DNA of 64,000 bases from Octopus vulgaris (GCA_951406725.2 OX597820.1:35712001-35776000), one strand, 5' to 3'. Positions 35,266 to 48,942 are shown, counted from the first letter of the stretch. Notes: generated by a model from the letters alone, not told the origin. Program-made: numbers and translations.

Positions 35266-35537
35266 ATACGCCAAAACATTAACATATGAATTAGAGAACA
35301 AATAACACGCGACTCATCCTTATATATTATAATTTTTCAAATCCTCCGCGCAGAAAGATAACTAACTTCTTAGTTTTACATTTTTTACGAAGGACAGACG
35401 CAGGCGTGATTGTTTAGAAGTAGGATTGCTTCCCAATCACATGGTTCCGGGTTCGGTCCCACTGCATGATATCTTGGGCAACTCTTTTCTACTATAGCTT
35501 CGGGCCTACCGATGACTCATGAGGGAATTTGTAGGCG

Positions 35538-36363
35538 AAAAATGCGAGCAAGAGAAATAATATTCTTAAGATTATAAATCTGGAAAAGTTCAGGACAAGT
35601 TACTACATCTGGTAAAGTACAGAAAAAGAAAATTGTTACTTAAAATATTGCAACTAAGGATAAAATTTCAAGTAAAATATTCGTATTTAGAAAACATTAG
35701 CTTTTATTAAAACTAAAAATTTTATAACAAGTTGTTACTTTTATTTGTTATTACTTGTTACTTCTATTAAAAATAAAAACTCAAAATATTTTCTGTACTT
35801 TAAAAAAATTCATTTATTTATTTATTAATTAATAATTAGAAATTTGAGAATAAGTTATAAAAATAATACCAGTACATAATTAGTTAGTACAATAAATAGA
35901 ATAATACAAAAGTTAGTTATATATTACGATATAATCTACTTATAGCAACAAATTCACAGTAAAATTTGCTTGAATTATTGTGAAGTCTTCAAATTTATAG
36001 TCTTAAACAATGCCTATTTTTGACATAATGAATTTGCCTACCATATATATACTATTCTGCTTTACATGAAATTTTAGCTATATTGGTACTTCTGGCTCTC
36101 ATTTTTTTAAGTATTCTACTGTGTCAATATTTTAGCAAAATGATGGCATCTTTTTTAATTATAACGTTACTTTGTAAATTAAAATCAAATAATTTCAATA
36201 TTCATATTTTATCCTTAGCTGCAATATTTTAAATAAAAATTTTCTTGTTCTGTACTTTACCAGGTGTAATAAGTTGTCCTGTACTTTTCCAGGTATAATA
36301 GCTTGTCCTGTACTTTTCCAAGTTTATAATCTTAAGAATATTATTTCTCTTGCTCGCGTTTTT
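35538..36363. mobile_element. Foldback/MITE-like element with ~130-150-bp terminal inverted repeats
   Basis: gcgagcaagagaaataatattcttaagattataaa..ggataaaat (35544-35667) mirrored at 36206-36358; ~28-bp subrepeats in the TIR; very AT-rich interior. Confidence 0.7.
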
Positions 36364-37121
36364 CCATGTAATCCATGTTTTTCCAGTCAATTCTATTATG
36401 CTAATTAATAATGTATCAAATATGTCAATTAGCGGTGTCGTTGATAATTTTTTCCTTACCTTAATGATGCCGGTGACATATATTAAAAGTCCCCGTATAG
36501 AACTATATTATCATCCTGAAATTTGAGAAACAGACACTCATAACTCTTTTCTTTCAAAACTTCATTGCATGAGATTGATACCTTGAAATTCCTCGAATTG
36601 GGCTCTATCATTTAAGCTTAATTAGAATATAGTTTGTTTTTAAAATAAAAAAAAGTTAATTATACTTAAATCCAATTTTTTGCCTTACTAATATCTTTTT
36701 CGTGATATTTTACCCCACAACTTTTTTGATACAAATTTTTGTTGCATGGGACCAAAACTATGAAATTCTTCACGCTTTCTTCTATCATTGAAGCTAAGAT
36801 AAATATATTTTTCTTTTAAAATAAAATAAAAAAAGTTATTCAGATGTAAACTTGATTGGTGGTGTTACTTACTCTCCTATAACTTGTTACAAATTTTGAT
36901 GTAAACTTTTTTCTACTGGACCAAATCTCAATTTTCTCATGCTAAAATGTAGCTAGGAACCAGTCCTCTTCAAAAATGTTAGCAGTTTTCCATTTAGTTA
37001 AGAACTGAATTAGCAACAAGCTCTGAAAGATGCTACTTGTGAGTAAATTACGGCCTTAAAATTATTATTCAACTACTACTGTAGTTGAATGATACACACA
37101 CACGCACACACACACGCACAA

Positions 37122-37161
<40 letters not shown>

Positions 37162-37807
37162 TATTCAAAGGAATTCCAACTCTGTCTGTTTTTTATGTTT
37201 TATATATATATTCTTTATAATATTAATGTAGAATGTAGAATATTTAGTATAAATAGTATATATAGTAAAATGATATGAAGTCTGTTTGTGTTTGTCCCCA
37301 CCGCTGCTTGACAACTGGTGTTGGGGTGTTTACGTCCCTGTTACTTAGCTGTTCGATAAGAGAGAGCTAAACAATAGGTACCTGGCTTAAAAAAAAAAGT
37401 AATGAGGCCGATTCGCTCGACTAAAAGTACTTCAAAACGGTGCCCAAGAATGGCCGCAGTCTAATGACTGAAAAAAGTAAAAGATACAAGATGCTTTGTC
37501 GCTATTTTAATGTTGAACGATCATACAGACGTTTTCTAGTTTCTTCCTGTTGCTATAGTTATTGTTTAGTTCCCGTTGAGCTCTGATCAATCAAAGGCAA
37601 TCCAGCCATGGCTTTCCTGTTTAATTTTCAAGCATGGAACATTCAGATTTCTAAGTTGGTTGGATGTGTCTCAAAGAGGTCTAGCTGTTATTTTTAACAG
37701 ATCTGACGACAGAGTTTCTCGTGTTTTTCTCTCCCTCACTCTCTCTTTCTATCTTTCTCTCTTTCTAAACCTCCCTCTCTCCTTCTCTTTCTTCGCCTCT
37801 CCTTTTC

Positions 37808-37864
<57 letters not shown>

Positions 37865-38007
37865 TCTTTGCCCCTCTTTTTCCTCTTTCCCTCTCTCCGT
37901 CTTTCTTCCTCTCTCTCTCTCTCTCTCTCGCGTTTGCTCTCTTTGGCCCTCATTCATTCTCATTCTTCCACATTCCTTTCTCTTCTTCTCTACCTCCTTT
38001 TCTCTTT

Positions 38008-38040
<33 letters not shown>

Positions 38041-38598
38041 ACTCTTTATCACTTTCTCTCCCACTTCCTCTTTCCCCCTCCCCCTCCTCCACTTTCCCTA
38101 CATCCTTCCACTCTCTTCTCTCTTCCCCACCCCACCCATCCCTCTCACTCTATCTCTTATTCATTCATTCATTCATTCATTCGATTGATTTAACAAAAAC
38201 GAATTCGTTACAACCGGGAAAAATCGAAACGCAGTCCTAGAAGAAATGCCTTAGAAAAACAAAAAAATAAAAACGAAAACAAAAACAAAAACAAAAAGGC
38301 CAGATGTTCGTGGTTGGAATGTCTTTTTCATTCTGGGTTTTGCTTTCACCATAACTGACCTTGAGTTAAACAACAGGAAAACCAACAAAAGCAACAATAG
38401 AAAGAATTGTGGGCAACCTTGAGTGAATAGGCACAGATCCGATCGCAGAGACACTAGCACAATAGACGAGTTACATAATCTATTGTGTAGGAGCTTGTGT
38501 GTGTGTGTGTAGTATTATAGAAGTGTTGTAGAAACATTAGCATATGTACTTCATACACACGCGTACAGACACGCACACACAGATGCAGACGCACACAC

Positions 38599-38642
<44 letters not shown>

Positions 38643-39163
38643 GTAATGAGGAGTCGGAGAGACGAACACCCACGCCCCCAATGTAGCATTAGATGTTCGA
38701 CTGCCTTTCATATACAATGTTTAGACATACATATATGTATATGCGTGTGAGATTGTGTGTGAAATTGCGCATGTGTGTGTGTGTGAGTGGGTGTATGCAT
38801 TTGTATAAACATACATACATACATACACACATGTACATTTATATATTTGTATATATATATATATATGTATGTATGTATGTACGTATGTATGTAGATATAT
38901 TTTATGTATATGCATATATGTACATATATATATATATATATTTATATATATAGTATGTGTAATATACAAATGACTGGCTGTATGTGTGTATATGTACATA
39001 CTTGCATACGCATGTGTGTATGTATTCATATACACACACATATATATATATGCATATATACATATATATATACTCATGTATATATATGTGTGTATGTATA
39101 CAATAGGAGTATATATATATATATGTATGTATATGAGTATATATATATATATGCATGTATATG

Positions 39164-39203
<40 letters not shown>

Positions 39204-39705
39204 CGTAATTATCTAATATATACAGTTAGTATTATGTAATTGTGTAATGTGTATGAGTGTGTGTGTGTTTATGTATGTGTGTTTGCGTGTGCATGTAAAT
39301 ATGTATGTATGCCCTATATGTGTGAGTTCGTCTCTGCATCTGCGTTTATGGCGTGTGAGAGTTCGCATGTATGCATTTGTATGTGTGAGCGCGTGCGCGA
39401 ATTCGTGTGTGTATGTGTCTTTGTTTTAGTTGTATTTATTCTTTTTTTTTTTGTTCTTTTTAGTTAGAACATTTGTTGACGTAGGTGTTTCTTTTCCGAG
39501 TGTTTCAATGATAATAGTAAGATGATTTGCTGAAAGACTATGTGTGTAGGTGTAATGATGCTTTAAACTTTTACTCCCACACACCTGTCATTACGCCGTT
39601 ATTTAAAATGCTACTATATGCTTCCAACTTAAAAGATTGAATGAAAAAAGAATCCAGAGTACATTATTGCAGGGATAAAATAACTGTAATAATGCGGTTT
39701 TGTGA

Positions 39706-40038
39706 AGGCGCATGGCTCAGTGGTTTGAGTGTCAGGCTCACAATCATGAAATAGTGAGTTCAATTCCCGGACCGGGTTGTGTGTTGTGTTTTTAAGCAAG
39801 ACACGTTATTTCACATTCCTTCAGTTCACTCAGCTGTAGAAATGAGTTGCGATGTCACTGATGCCAAGCTGTATCAGCCTTTGCCTTTCCCTTAGATAAC
39901 ATCGATGGCATGGAGAGGGTAGGCTGGTATGCATGAGCGACTGCTAGTCTTCCATAAACAACCTTGCCCTGATTGGTGCCTCGGAGGGTAACTTTCTAGA
40001 TGCACTCCCATGGCCATTCATGGCAGAAGGGGGTCTTT
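39706..40038 (+). mobile_element. SINE family C variant
   Basis: Homologous to 31325-31658. Confidence 0.85.
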
Positions 40039-41317
40039 AATGTGGTTTTGAACCATAATCCGCACGATGAAGTAAGGGGCTAAACAACAATTACAAAAAC
40101 CGCAGCCAACAACAACAACCACAATAGCAATAATACTATTAGTAACGACTGAATGACGTAGATTATATGAAGCAAATTAGCCTTCTTGATACAGCAGAAA
40201 AATCGCCCTCAATCTACACCCAGTTACCTTCGTAAAAGAATGGGTATAGCAAGTAATATAGTCGTAGATATGTTATAATTATGAGATATTTAGGTTTCAT
40301 CTACAACGCATTTTATTATGGGTCTGCTTAGTGAGGGCCAACTCGGTATTAAATAACAATAACTATGCAAGCAGTAAACCTCTGACATTAAGAGTTAAGG
40401 TTTATTACTTCGAGCAGATTATAAATTATTCATATATATAGACGCAGGCATGGTGGTGTGGTTAACAAGCCTGCTTTGCGGCTAGGTGCTTTCGGGTTCA
40501 ATCCCACAGCGCCGCACCCTGAGCAAGTCTTCTTTTATAGCCCCGGACTGACTCTGCCATTTCGCGGGTTTTTCAACAAGAACAAGTAGACCTACAGCCA
40601 GTATAGATAAGCCAGAATAGGCTTTGGTTCGAAAACGGCGAAACGAAACGAAACGGAGGAGATCTAGCTAATTCAGAGTTCACATCTCCATTAAAATATG
40701 AAGTTTTTAACTTAGATACAGAACCTGAAATTTCAGGAGCAAAGGGCTTAATCCATGAAATCAAACCTAGTATTTTACCGATACTTTATTGTATTGATAT
40801 CTTCCAAAATAAAAAAAAAGTGGGGGATTATGAAACGCAGAATTAACCTTGACGGGTTTTGAATTCAGAACGTAAACGCCGGATCAATCACTGGTTGGCA
40901 TTATTTTCCCCGATGCTCTAACGAGTCTGTCAAATTCCTGCTCTGAAGTAATTGTCTCTTACACAGGTACAAGACATCGATTTATTCTGGGGATCATAGT
41001 AGATTACATGGAATGTGCTTCTTGTTCGGCACTTTATCTTATCGACCCGGGAAAGAGGAAAGGCAAGGTTGACCTCAGCGGGGTTTGAAATGATATGAGG
41101 AGCAGTAAAGCATCTTGTCAGAGAGTCTAACAATTTTGTCAATTCACTACTCTAGAAAGCTGATAAATATAATTCCTTCCATAAAAATTCTGTCATTTTC
41201 TCCTACACCTAGTCTCTGTGTCTTTATGATTCATTCTCTCTCGGTGTGCAGCGTTCAATTACTCATTGCCTGCCACTAAAGCTAGCATGTGCACTTATCA
41301 TGCACCTCCTATGTCAA

Positions 41318-41351
<34 letters not shown>

Positions 41352-41523
41352 TTTTCTCTCTCTCTCTCTTTCCCTCTCTCTCTCTCTTTCTCTCTGTATC
41401 GCCCTCTTAATTCTTCTCTACCTCTCCCTATTCAACGAAAAGCGAGCCCGGAGAAAATAATCAATCAAATAACCAGTCAACCAACCAGACAACCAATATC
41501 TATATCAGCTATTATTATAAGAT

Positions 41524-41837
41524 GTGGAGGCGAAATGGCTCAGTGGTTAGGGCAGCAGATTCACGATCGTAGGATTGCGGTTTCGATTCCCAGACCGAGC
41601 GTTGTGAGTGTTTATTGAGCGAAAACACCTATAGCTCCACGAGGTTCTGGCAGGGGGTGGTGGCGATCCCTGCTGTACTCTTTCGCCACAACTTTCTCTC
41701 ACTCTTTCTTCTGTTGACCTGTTCGCTAAGCCATCGCGGTGGCGTCATTTGAAGGCTAAAACAATGCGAAGCGCGTTTTCACCAGCGATGTGTAGCAACA
41801 TCTGAGAGCCTGGTCGGTCAAGTGGTCACGTGACGTG
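41524..41837 (+). mobile_element. tRNA-derived SINE (family C-like head, different body) with a 13-bp TSD
   Basis: TSD attattataagat at 41511-41523 and 41838-41850; A/B boxes present. Confidence 0.85.
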
Positions 41838-41979
41838 ATTATTATAAGATAGATATATTCAGCGTCATCTCTATAGCCAGCATTTGACCTTAAATACTCA
41901 ATGTATATAATACGTCAATAATATGTGCTTTTATATTATTGCGGTTTCCATGACAGCAATTGTTGTATTCAAAAGAAAT

Positions 41980-42015
<36 letters not shown>

Positions 42016-42185
42016 ACACACACACTCAGAGGCTGGTGGTGGGAGAGACTGAAACGGACAATGACTCGATGTCCTTGGTATTCAGTGAGTGGCCATTGGT
42101 AAGCTTGATTTCTGTACCAACGCATGAAATAGAAAAAGGAGCAAAGAAAATACGGACAATTTTATAAACAAGATTAACGCCCCCG

Positions 42186-42455
42186 CTATCATCATCATCA
42201 TCCTCTCAATCATCAATGGTACTAATCGTTACCCTTTACCACAACCATCACCATCGTCATTAACACCATGATCATTATCCTCATCATCATCATCACTCTC
42301 ATCTTCATCTTCATCACTCTCATCACTCTCATCATTATCGTCGTCGACGTCGTCGTCAACATCATCATCATCATCATCATCACCAACATCAACGTCGTCA
42401 TCGTCGTCATAATCATCATCATCAACATCATCATCGTCATTGTCGTCATTATCAT

Positions 42456-42510
<55 letters not shown>

Positions 42511-42835
42511 ACATTATCGTCAGCGTCACCTGCATCATCATCACCATCACCATCATCACTAACACAGTCATCTCCATCATATCAGCAGCTGCAGCAGTAC
42601 CATTGGCAATATTACCATCATCGTCATCGTCGTCGTTGTCGTTGTCATCATCACCATCCTCATCACTATCACCATTGCCATCATCATCCTCATCAAGATC
42701 AACATCATCATCAACATCATCATCATCAACAATCATCAACATCATCATCATCATCATCATCATCGTCAAGACCATCATCATCACCGCCGCCGTCAGCATC
42801 GCCTCGCTGCCACCGTCGATGCCACCACTGCATTC
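42186..42835. repeat. (CAT)n degenerate trinucleotide array
   Basis: Direct reading. Confidence 0.9.
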
Positions 42836-43054
42836 CTCCTCTGCACACTGTCTCCGCAATCACCGGGAAAATGTCAAATGTACTGTGCATTGTAAAAGTT
42901 TCTGCGTATAAGATGTATGCACGAATAAATACAATAAATACACATATGTACAGACATAGCTATATATATCGTGTGTGTATGTGTGTGTGTGTGTGTGTTC
43001 GTGAGGGAGTGAGTGTGTATGTGTGTGTTTGCGCGCTTGTACATAAATATATGC

Positions 43055-43194
<140 letters not shown>

Positions 43195-43290
43195 AATATA
43201 GGATGAAGTCCCTTACTCTACAGCAAAGGAATTCATCAGGAAGCGTGGGCAGTATATTTTAAAAAAACCGTTACGGTTGCAATATACATC

Positions 43291-43570
43291 ATATAATTAA
43301 GGGCTAAAGAGGGTTATTCTAAAGCCAAATACACTGTTTTATCCACTTATAATACGCTTGTTACAGGAAAATTGAAACTGAAAACGGGCAACTAACCTTT
43401 AGAAAATTTAAATTTCGTTATCTCTATATTGAATCAATTTCGGACTTAATCTTATAAAAAAGATATATTCCTTCTTCAGTAGAACTTTCGATGGGATATA
43501 AATAAAATACTCACGTATGATCATGGAAAAAGAACAGTGTATTTGGCTTTAGAATAACCCTCTTTAGCCC

Positions 43571-43580
<10 letters not shown>
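43291..43580 (-). mobile_element. 290-bp element with ~48-bp perfect inverted ends and an internal hammerhead, abutting (TA)n
   Basis: atataattaagggctaaagagggttattctaaagccaaatacactgtt (43291-43338) mirrored at ~43533-43580. Confidence 0.8.
43422..43484 (-). ncRNA. Type-I hammerhead ribozyme motif
   Basis: Minus strand TTCTA-CTGAAGA-A-GGA..ATCTT(ttttat)AAGAT..TCC-GAAA-TTGATTCAA-TA-TAGAG; AUA triplet; quasi-palindromic stem III. Confidence 0.72.
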
Positions 43581-43603
<23 letters not shown>

Positions 43604-43630
43604 GCCTTAGATAGATAGATAGATAGATAT

Positions 43631-43684
<54 letters not shown>

Positions 43685-43731
43685 GATGGATAGATAGATA
43701 GATAGACAGAAAGAGGGATAGGGAGAGACAG

Positions 43732-43780
<49 letters not shown>

Positions 43781-44442
43781 TGTTTCTTTATTAGCCACAC
43801 AGGGCTGCACACAGATAGAACAAATTACAAGGTAGAGCTTTTCTTTTGAAGGTTTAAGAAAGAAAAAAAAAAAAAAAAAAAAGGAAGGGGGAGTTTCGAT
43901 CAAAAGGGATCGTAAAAGGAGAGAAAGAGGACAAAAAAAAGGGGGGTTTAAAAAAAAGGGGGGGAGGAAAACAAATTGATCAATAGGGATCGTTATCACA
44001 GAAATGTCAATATGAAGTGTAAAGGGGAGGACAGGTGAGGTTTACCCGTGCAAAGAAAAGCCTACGGAAAAGACCACGGTAACCTCGGTCAATGATGTCA
44101 CATTTTATATTTCTTTTTTTTTTTTTTTTGCAAATAAGCAACTCTCTGTTTTCGATTTCTGGGTTCATAGGACTATGCTCAAGGTGGCTTCGTCATTCAT
44201 ACGTGCCATTCTTGCTACATTCACCCATCTCTTTTTAAAACATTCGCTAGACAAAACTTGCTCTCTCTACTCTCACTTTCCTTTTCAAGTGGTACTTGAA
44301 GAAGTTGATGAGAGATTGACCAGAGAGGAAAGTGTTTGTCTCCAATCCTTTCAGACGCGTCCACCAGATACATTCCTTCGCCATAGCCACAAGGATGATG
44401 AAAATAGCTCTTCCTTCCCGTTTGAAGGAAGGAGGCGTGACA

Positions 44443-44444
<2 letters not shown>
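43781..44444 (-). mobile_element. 5'-truncated Tx1-clade LINE inserted in (GATA)n
   Basis: Minus frame VTPPSFKREGRAIFIILVAMAKECIWWTRLKGL..FFKYHLKRKVRVER..KRWVNVARM. 3' end gcagccctgtgtggctaataaagaaaca; (GATA)n on both sides. Confidence 0.75.
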
Positions 44445-44526
<82 letters not shown>

Positions 44527-44857
44527 ATGTATACACACACACACAAATATATTGGCTGTGTGATATATATATATAGATATATTATATTAAATTAGAGACA
44601 AAACCACTATTAGGCAAATCAAACAATGAAAAACTTAAGCCAATACATAAATCTGATTTTTCCCTGTAAGTTTGGATTTATTCCCTAATATTTATTATAT
44701 ATATATATCAAAAGGTGTTTTATAATACTATTACACAGTCATACATACAATCCGACATACTTCCATCATCAGCTGCCCCACAGATATCATTATGGTATCG
44801 ACACCTGGGCAGTACCATTCAATCGGGTGATATATAAACATGCATACATACACACAC

Positions 44858-44935
<78 letters not shown>

Positions 44936-45075
44936 GTTAAAGATTTTATCAGTGGTTAGCATATAACATAGACATATTAAGGTGAATTCATATATAGAGA
45001 TTTATAATAGTATGAAATGCAATTATAATTAAAGACAAAGAAGAAACCATGCCTATGCTGAAAATAGATGTTAAA

Positions 45076-45340
45076 TTGTCGAGAGTCATTCTGTTTTAAT
45101 GCCTTATTAATTAAAAAACTCAACGGTTTCATTTCCATTCATTTACTTATTTCTTCTAAAATGTTCGTTGCTTCTTGCAGTCTCTTTGAAGAGTCAACGT
45201 TGACTCTTCAACAGCTATTGAAGAGGTTCTAAGAAGCAAAGAAAATTTTAGAAAGAATAAATAAGTAAATGAGTGGAAATAGAACTGGTGGGTGTGTTGA
45301 TTAATAAGGCATTAAAACAGAATGAATCCCCAGACAATAA
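45076..45340. repeat. Imperfect ~265-bp palindrome with a perfect 26-bp palindromic core (45186-45211)
   Basis: cattctgttttaatgccttattaat pairs with attaataaggcattaaaacagaatg; core ttgaagagtcaacgttgactcttcaa. Confidence 0.8.
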
Positions 45341-45395
45341 AATATACTTCAACACACGAATTCACATAAAGAATCTTGCAAACCAAATACAAAAA

Positions 45396-45468
<73 letters not shown>

Positions 45469-45658
45469 AGTAGTTGAATGAATTATCCTACTATGGATAA
45501 TTCTGTTAACCGATACCTGGGTAGCAAATTCACGTCAGAAAACACGGTTGAAGTTACATGCTAAGGGCAGAGATCACGTGCTTTCGTGTGGAAATTTGTG
45601 TGTTTTTTTTACTATAAATAAATGAAAGAATGGAGTCGAACGACGATTTAACAAAATT

Positions 45659-45753
45659 CCTTTATTCTCGACATATGTTTCGAAGACTGCATATTCCTAA
45701 TTCCGAAGGAATAAGGGGTGCATTATGCCGCCTTCTCATCAGGAAAGATAAGG
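45659..45753 (-). ncRNA. Type-I hammerhead ribozyme motif, canonical core (minus copy)
   Basis: Reverse complement of 45970-46064. Confidence 0.78.
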
Positions 45754-45969
45754 AACTTATGTCAGCATCATGACAAACAAAATTTTTTAGATGACTGCCC
45801 ACACGGAGTCCATAGTGATAATGAGTGTTTCTTTAAAATCTTCTCCATTCAACCAATTTTGACGTCACTGCTTATAACGGAATATTTTAAAGAAACACTC
45901 ATTATCACTATGGACTCCGTGTGGGCAGTCATCTAAAAATTTTTGTTCGTCATGATGCTGACATAAGTT

Positions 45970-46064
45970 CCTTGTCTTTCCTGATGAGAAGGCGGCATAA
46001 TGCACGCCTTATTCCTTCGGAATTAGGAATATGCAGTCTTCGAAACATATGTCGAGAATAAAGG
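45970..46064 (+). ncRNA. Type-I hammerhead ribozyme motif, canonical core, long stem II
   Basis: tttc-CTGATGA-GAAGGCGGCATA..TATGCAGTCTTC-GAAA-CATATG-TC-gaga: palindromic stem III ACATATGT, GUC cut after 46053. Confidence 0.8.
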
Positions 46065-46099
46065 AATTTTGTTAAATCGTCGTTCGACTCCATTCTTTC

Positions 46100-46162
<63 letters not shown>

Positions 46163-46769
46163 TACATATATAAAATACATTCATATATATATATATATAT
46201 ATATATGTATACATATGCGTGTGTGTATGTATACGTATATATATATATATGTATGTATGTAAATATACACTTATATATTATCTATTACTGTCATACAGTC
46301 ATGCCAATCTTATATCGGTAGGCGTTTTTCATATCACCCATGTCATATAAAGAAATATACACCTTTACAGACCAGTCTCCATACCTCTATCATAAATAGT
46401 GAAATGCTAAAAACAGGACATCCATGGTTTTCAGCTTAACTAATATTGAATATTTGTGCATGCGCGGTTTTGTATTACAATGATGTATCTTTGTCGCCAA
46501 TCGTCCTGATGTTTTCCTCCCACGTCAATGAAGTAAACGGCTGTATCTATTGACAGAACAATATTTCATTCACCCATCCCTTTCGTCTAATTATTCATTG
46601 TTTATGTCGATGAGTTTCGTGGCTTTAATTACAAAGATACATGTGAATATATAAATATGTGTGATTACTTTTATGCGTGCGTGCGTGCGTGCGTGCGCGT
46701 ATATGTGTATGTGTGTGTGTACGTGTAAACGCACATACATATTTATATACAAATATACGCATATGCACT

Positions 46770-47950
46770 TCAGTGGGAATCCATTTGTTGTTTTTGTAAC
46801 ATGGTTCTTGGGAGCAGTGGTTACAAGTTTTATTTAAGGATTTAATAGTGGTACCCCTATCTGCTATATCAATTCTACAATTTGTTTCACTAGAAACTGG
46901 CCCTATAGTATCTTTATTTAAACTATTACTAATATTATGACTAAGTCTATATCTATTATTTGCGGCTATAATTGAGCCTAAATTTGGAGTTGTCGAGTAT
47001 GACAATTTCAAACAATATTTGTTGAAAATTAAGTGGTATTTATGTCCTTGGGGGAAGTTTTTCTCAACACTCTTATAAAATAATTTATCGAGGTTCCTAA
47101 TTTGGAGTCAAAAACGAGGACTGAACCAAATTATATCTCGTTTCCTAGATTTCTTATTGTCAATTTTATTAGCAGTAACAGTCTGCCTATAATTCGTGTT
47201 TCTAAAACCATATGGTTTATGCACAAATTGATTGTTTGAATAATTTATCTGGTTGCTTATTACTGACTTATCCTTATTTAATTTGTTTTTAAAAATTGTA
47301 TTAGATATATAATAAATTTCCTGGTTAAATCCACTATTTCTGAGTGCTTGATTATATAGAGGGGCATGATTATTAAATATATCTTTATTACTGGACAAAT
47401 TTGATATTCTAATGGATATCCCAGTTATGACACTACGTTTATGACACTACGGGAATGATTTGATTTACAATTTATGTATTGTAATACCTTATTCGGATTA
47501 TGGTATGGGGAATACTGGTCATTCTTTTAATTGGGGGTAACATCTAGGAAATTAGCTATTTTGGTAGTATTATCATCGGTTATATTAAAATTCTTTTTTC
47601 TTTAAAAATTTTTATAAAGCTTTTCTAGTTTTATCTGTATTTCGTAGTGATGTATTAGGGATCACAAATAAGCCATCATCTCTATAAAGGCCTCCCTTAA
47701 TAGTGGGAAAACTATTTTTATTTCAGAAAGTTGAAAGTGGCCCACCAAATCAGTAATCTGCGCCGAATCTGCTGACCCCATAGTTATATTCTGATTATCA
47801 CTTCGAGTCCATTCCTTCTTATTAAATGCGATTAGGGTTTTCGTAGCCTTTAAAATGATATCTTTTTCCAAAGGGAATATCATTGCCTTATCCAAAAGCT
47901 CTGGAGATATTGATAGGTAATAATTATCAATATCAAACTGCAAAAGTTTT
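46770..47950 (-). pseudogene. Decayed Naiad-type PLE reverse transcriptase
   Basis: FDIDNYY.SIS.ELL, ITMGSADSAQITDLVG, GLYRDDGLF (47665-47692, frameshifted), YNQALRNSGF, IIWFSPRF, KLSYSTTPNL. Confidence 0.82.
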
Positions 47951-48942
47951 ATGCTTGTATATTTCTATATTTTATCATCTATGTCTTAATATAAATATGT
48001 GGTTATTTGAATGGAATAATATCTCATGTCATACATCTGAATTATGAATTTGCTTGGTTGAATGTTTAAGACAAATATCTGAAATTTTTATCTTATATCA
48101 AATTTTATTAATTTTTAGCTCATATACGAGCGAAAAAACAGTTGTACTATATACTGGAGCTTTATCTCCATTTAAATTCTCGTATTCTATATGCATATAA
48201 CGTGTGTGGGGGTGTAACGGTATGGTTAGGTAGAGTCAGCGGTCACTAGTTGCAACGGTAGTTGAGGTGATGATTGTTGGTTGTTAGCAGTTAGCGATTT
48301 GTAACGGGTGTTGATGCTGCAGATGTGCAAAATGGAAGAAAAAGAGTGATCGAAGTTGTAAACAAATATTTATTTAGCGTTACTTTATATAATGCCATGC
48401 CTCGACGGGCAGGTGTGTAATATAAGTGGAAAAGCATACGAGGTTAAGAAAATCAGTTTCTTACATGTATGTAATTCTATCAGTAAGAAAAATAGAGACA
48501 GAGTGATGTTGCAGAGAAGAGAAAGTGAGCTAGTGAAAGTTAGAGAGTCGAGGGAAGTTGTATGTCCCATAGTAGCTGATTGTAAGTTTCTTTCTCCCTT
48601 TGGCCGTTTGTCTCAAGTGGCTGTCTGCCTGTGGCCATCTCTAGTTATCCCCCGCTCAGTAATTGATTTTGTCTTAAGAAATTCTAGTATTTGTAACTAT
48701 GCAGAACCAGTAAGAAGGAGAGACATATTGTTGAGAACAATAGATTTCGTGAGGAGTTTGTTATCCCAATTCAACTTTTGGTGAAATAGCAGAGGTTTTT
48801 GAGGCTACAAGGGTTAAATGGTAAGGATATAAATCAGCTTAGCAAAAGCCATGTGTTCATTTTAATTGGTGTTAACTCAATGTTTCTTCTGTGAGAAAAG
48901 TGCTGTTGAAATATGGGAAATTTGTCGATTCAGGTTCGAATC

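Larger units (their letters stand above)
45617..46106. mobile_element. Inverted pair of ~222-bp PLE pLTR-like arms (45617-45839 and 45884-46106), each with a hammerhead
   Basis: The arms are near-exact reverse complements; the right arm ends in (TA)n. Confidence 0.85.

Noticed and set aside
43200-43246. CTGATGA (minus strand) with a hairpin as a hammerhead
   Set aside because: No GAAA or stem III follows; same problem for candidates near 44765, 48118, 52740 and 63085, which are partial at best.
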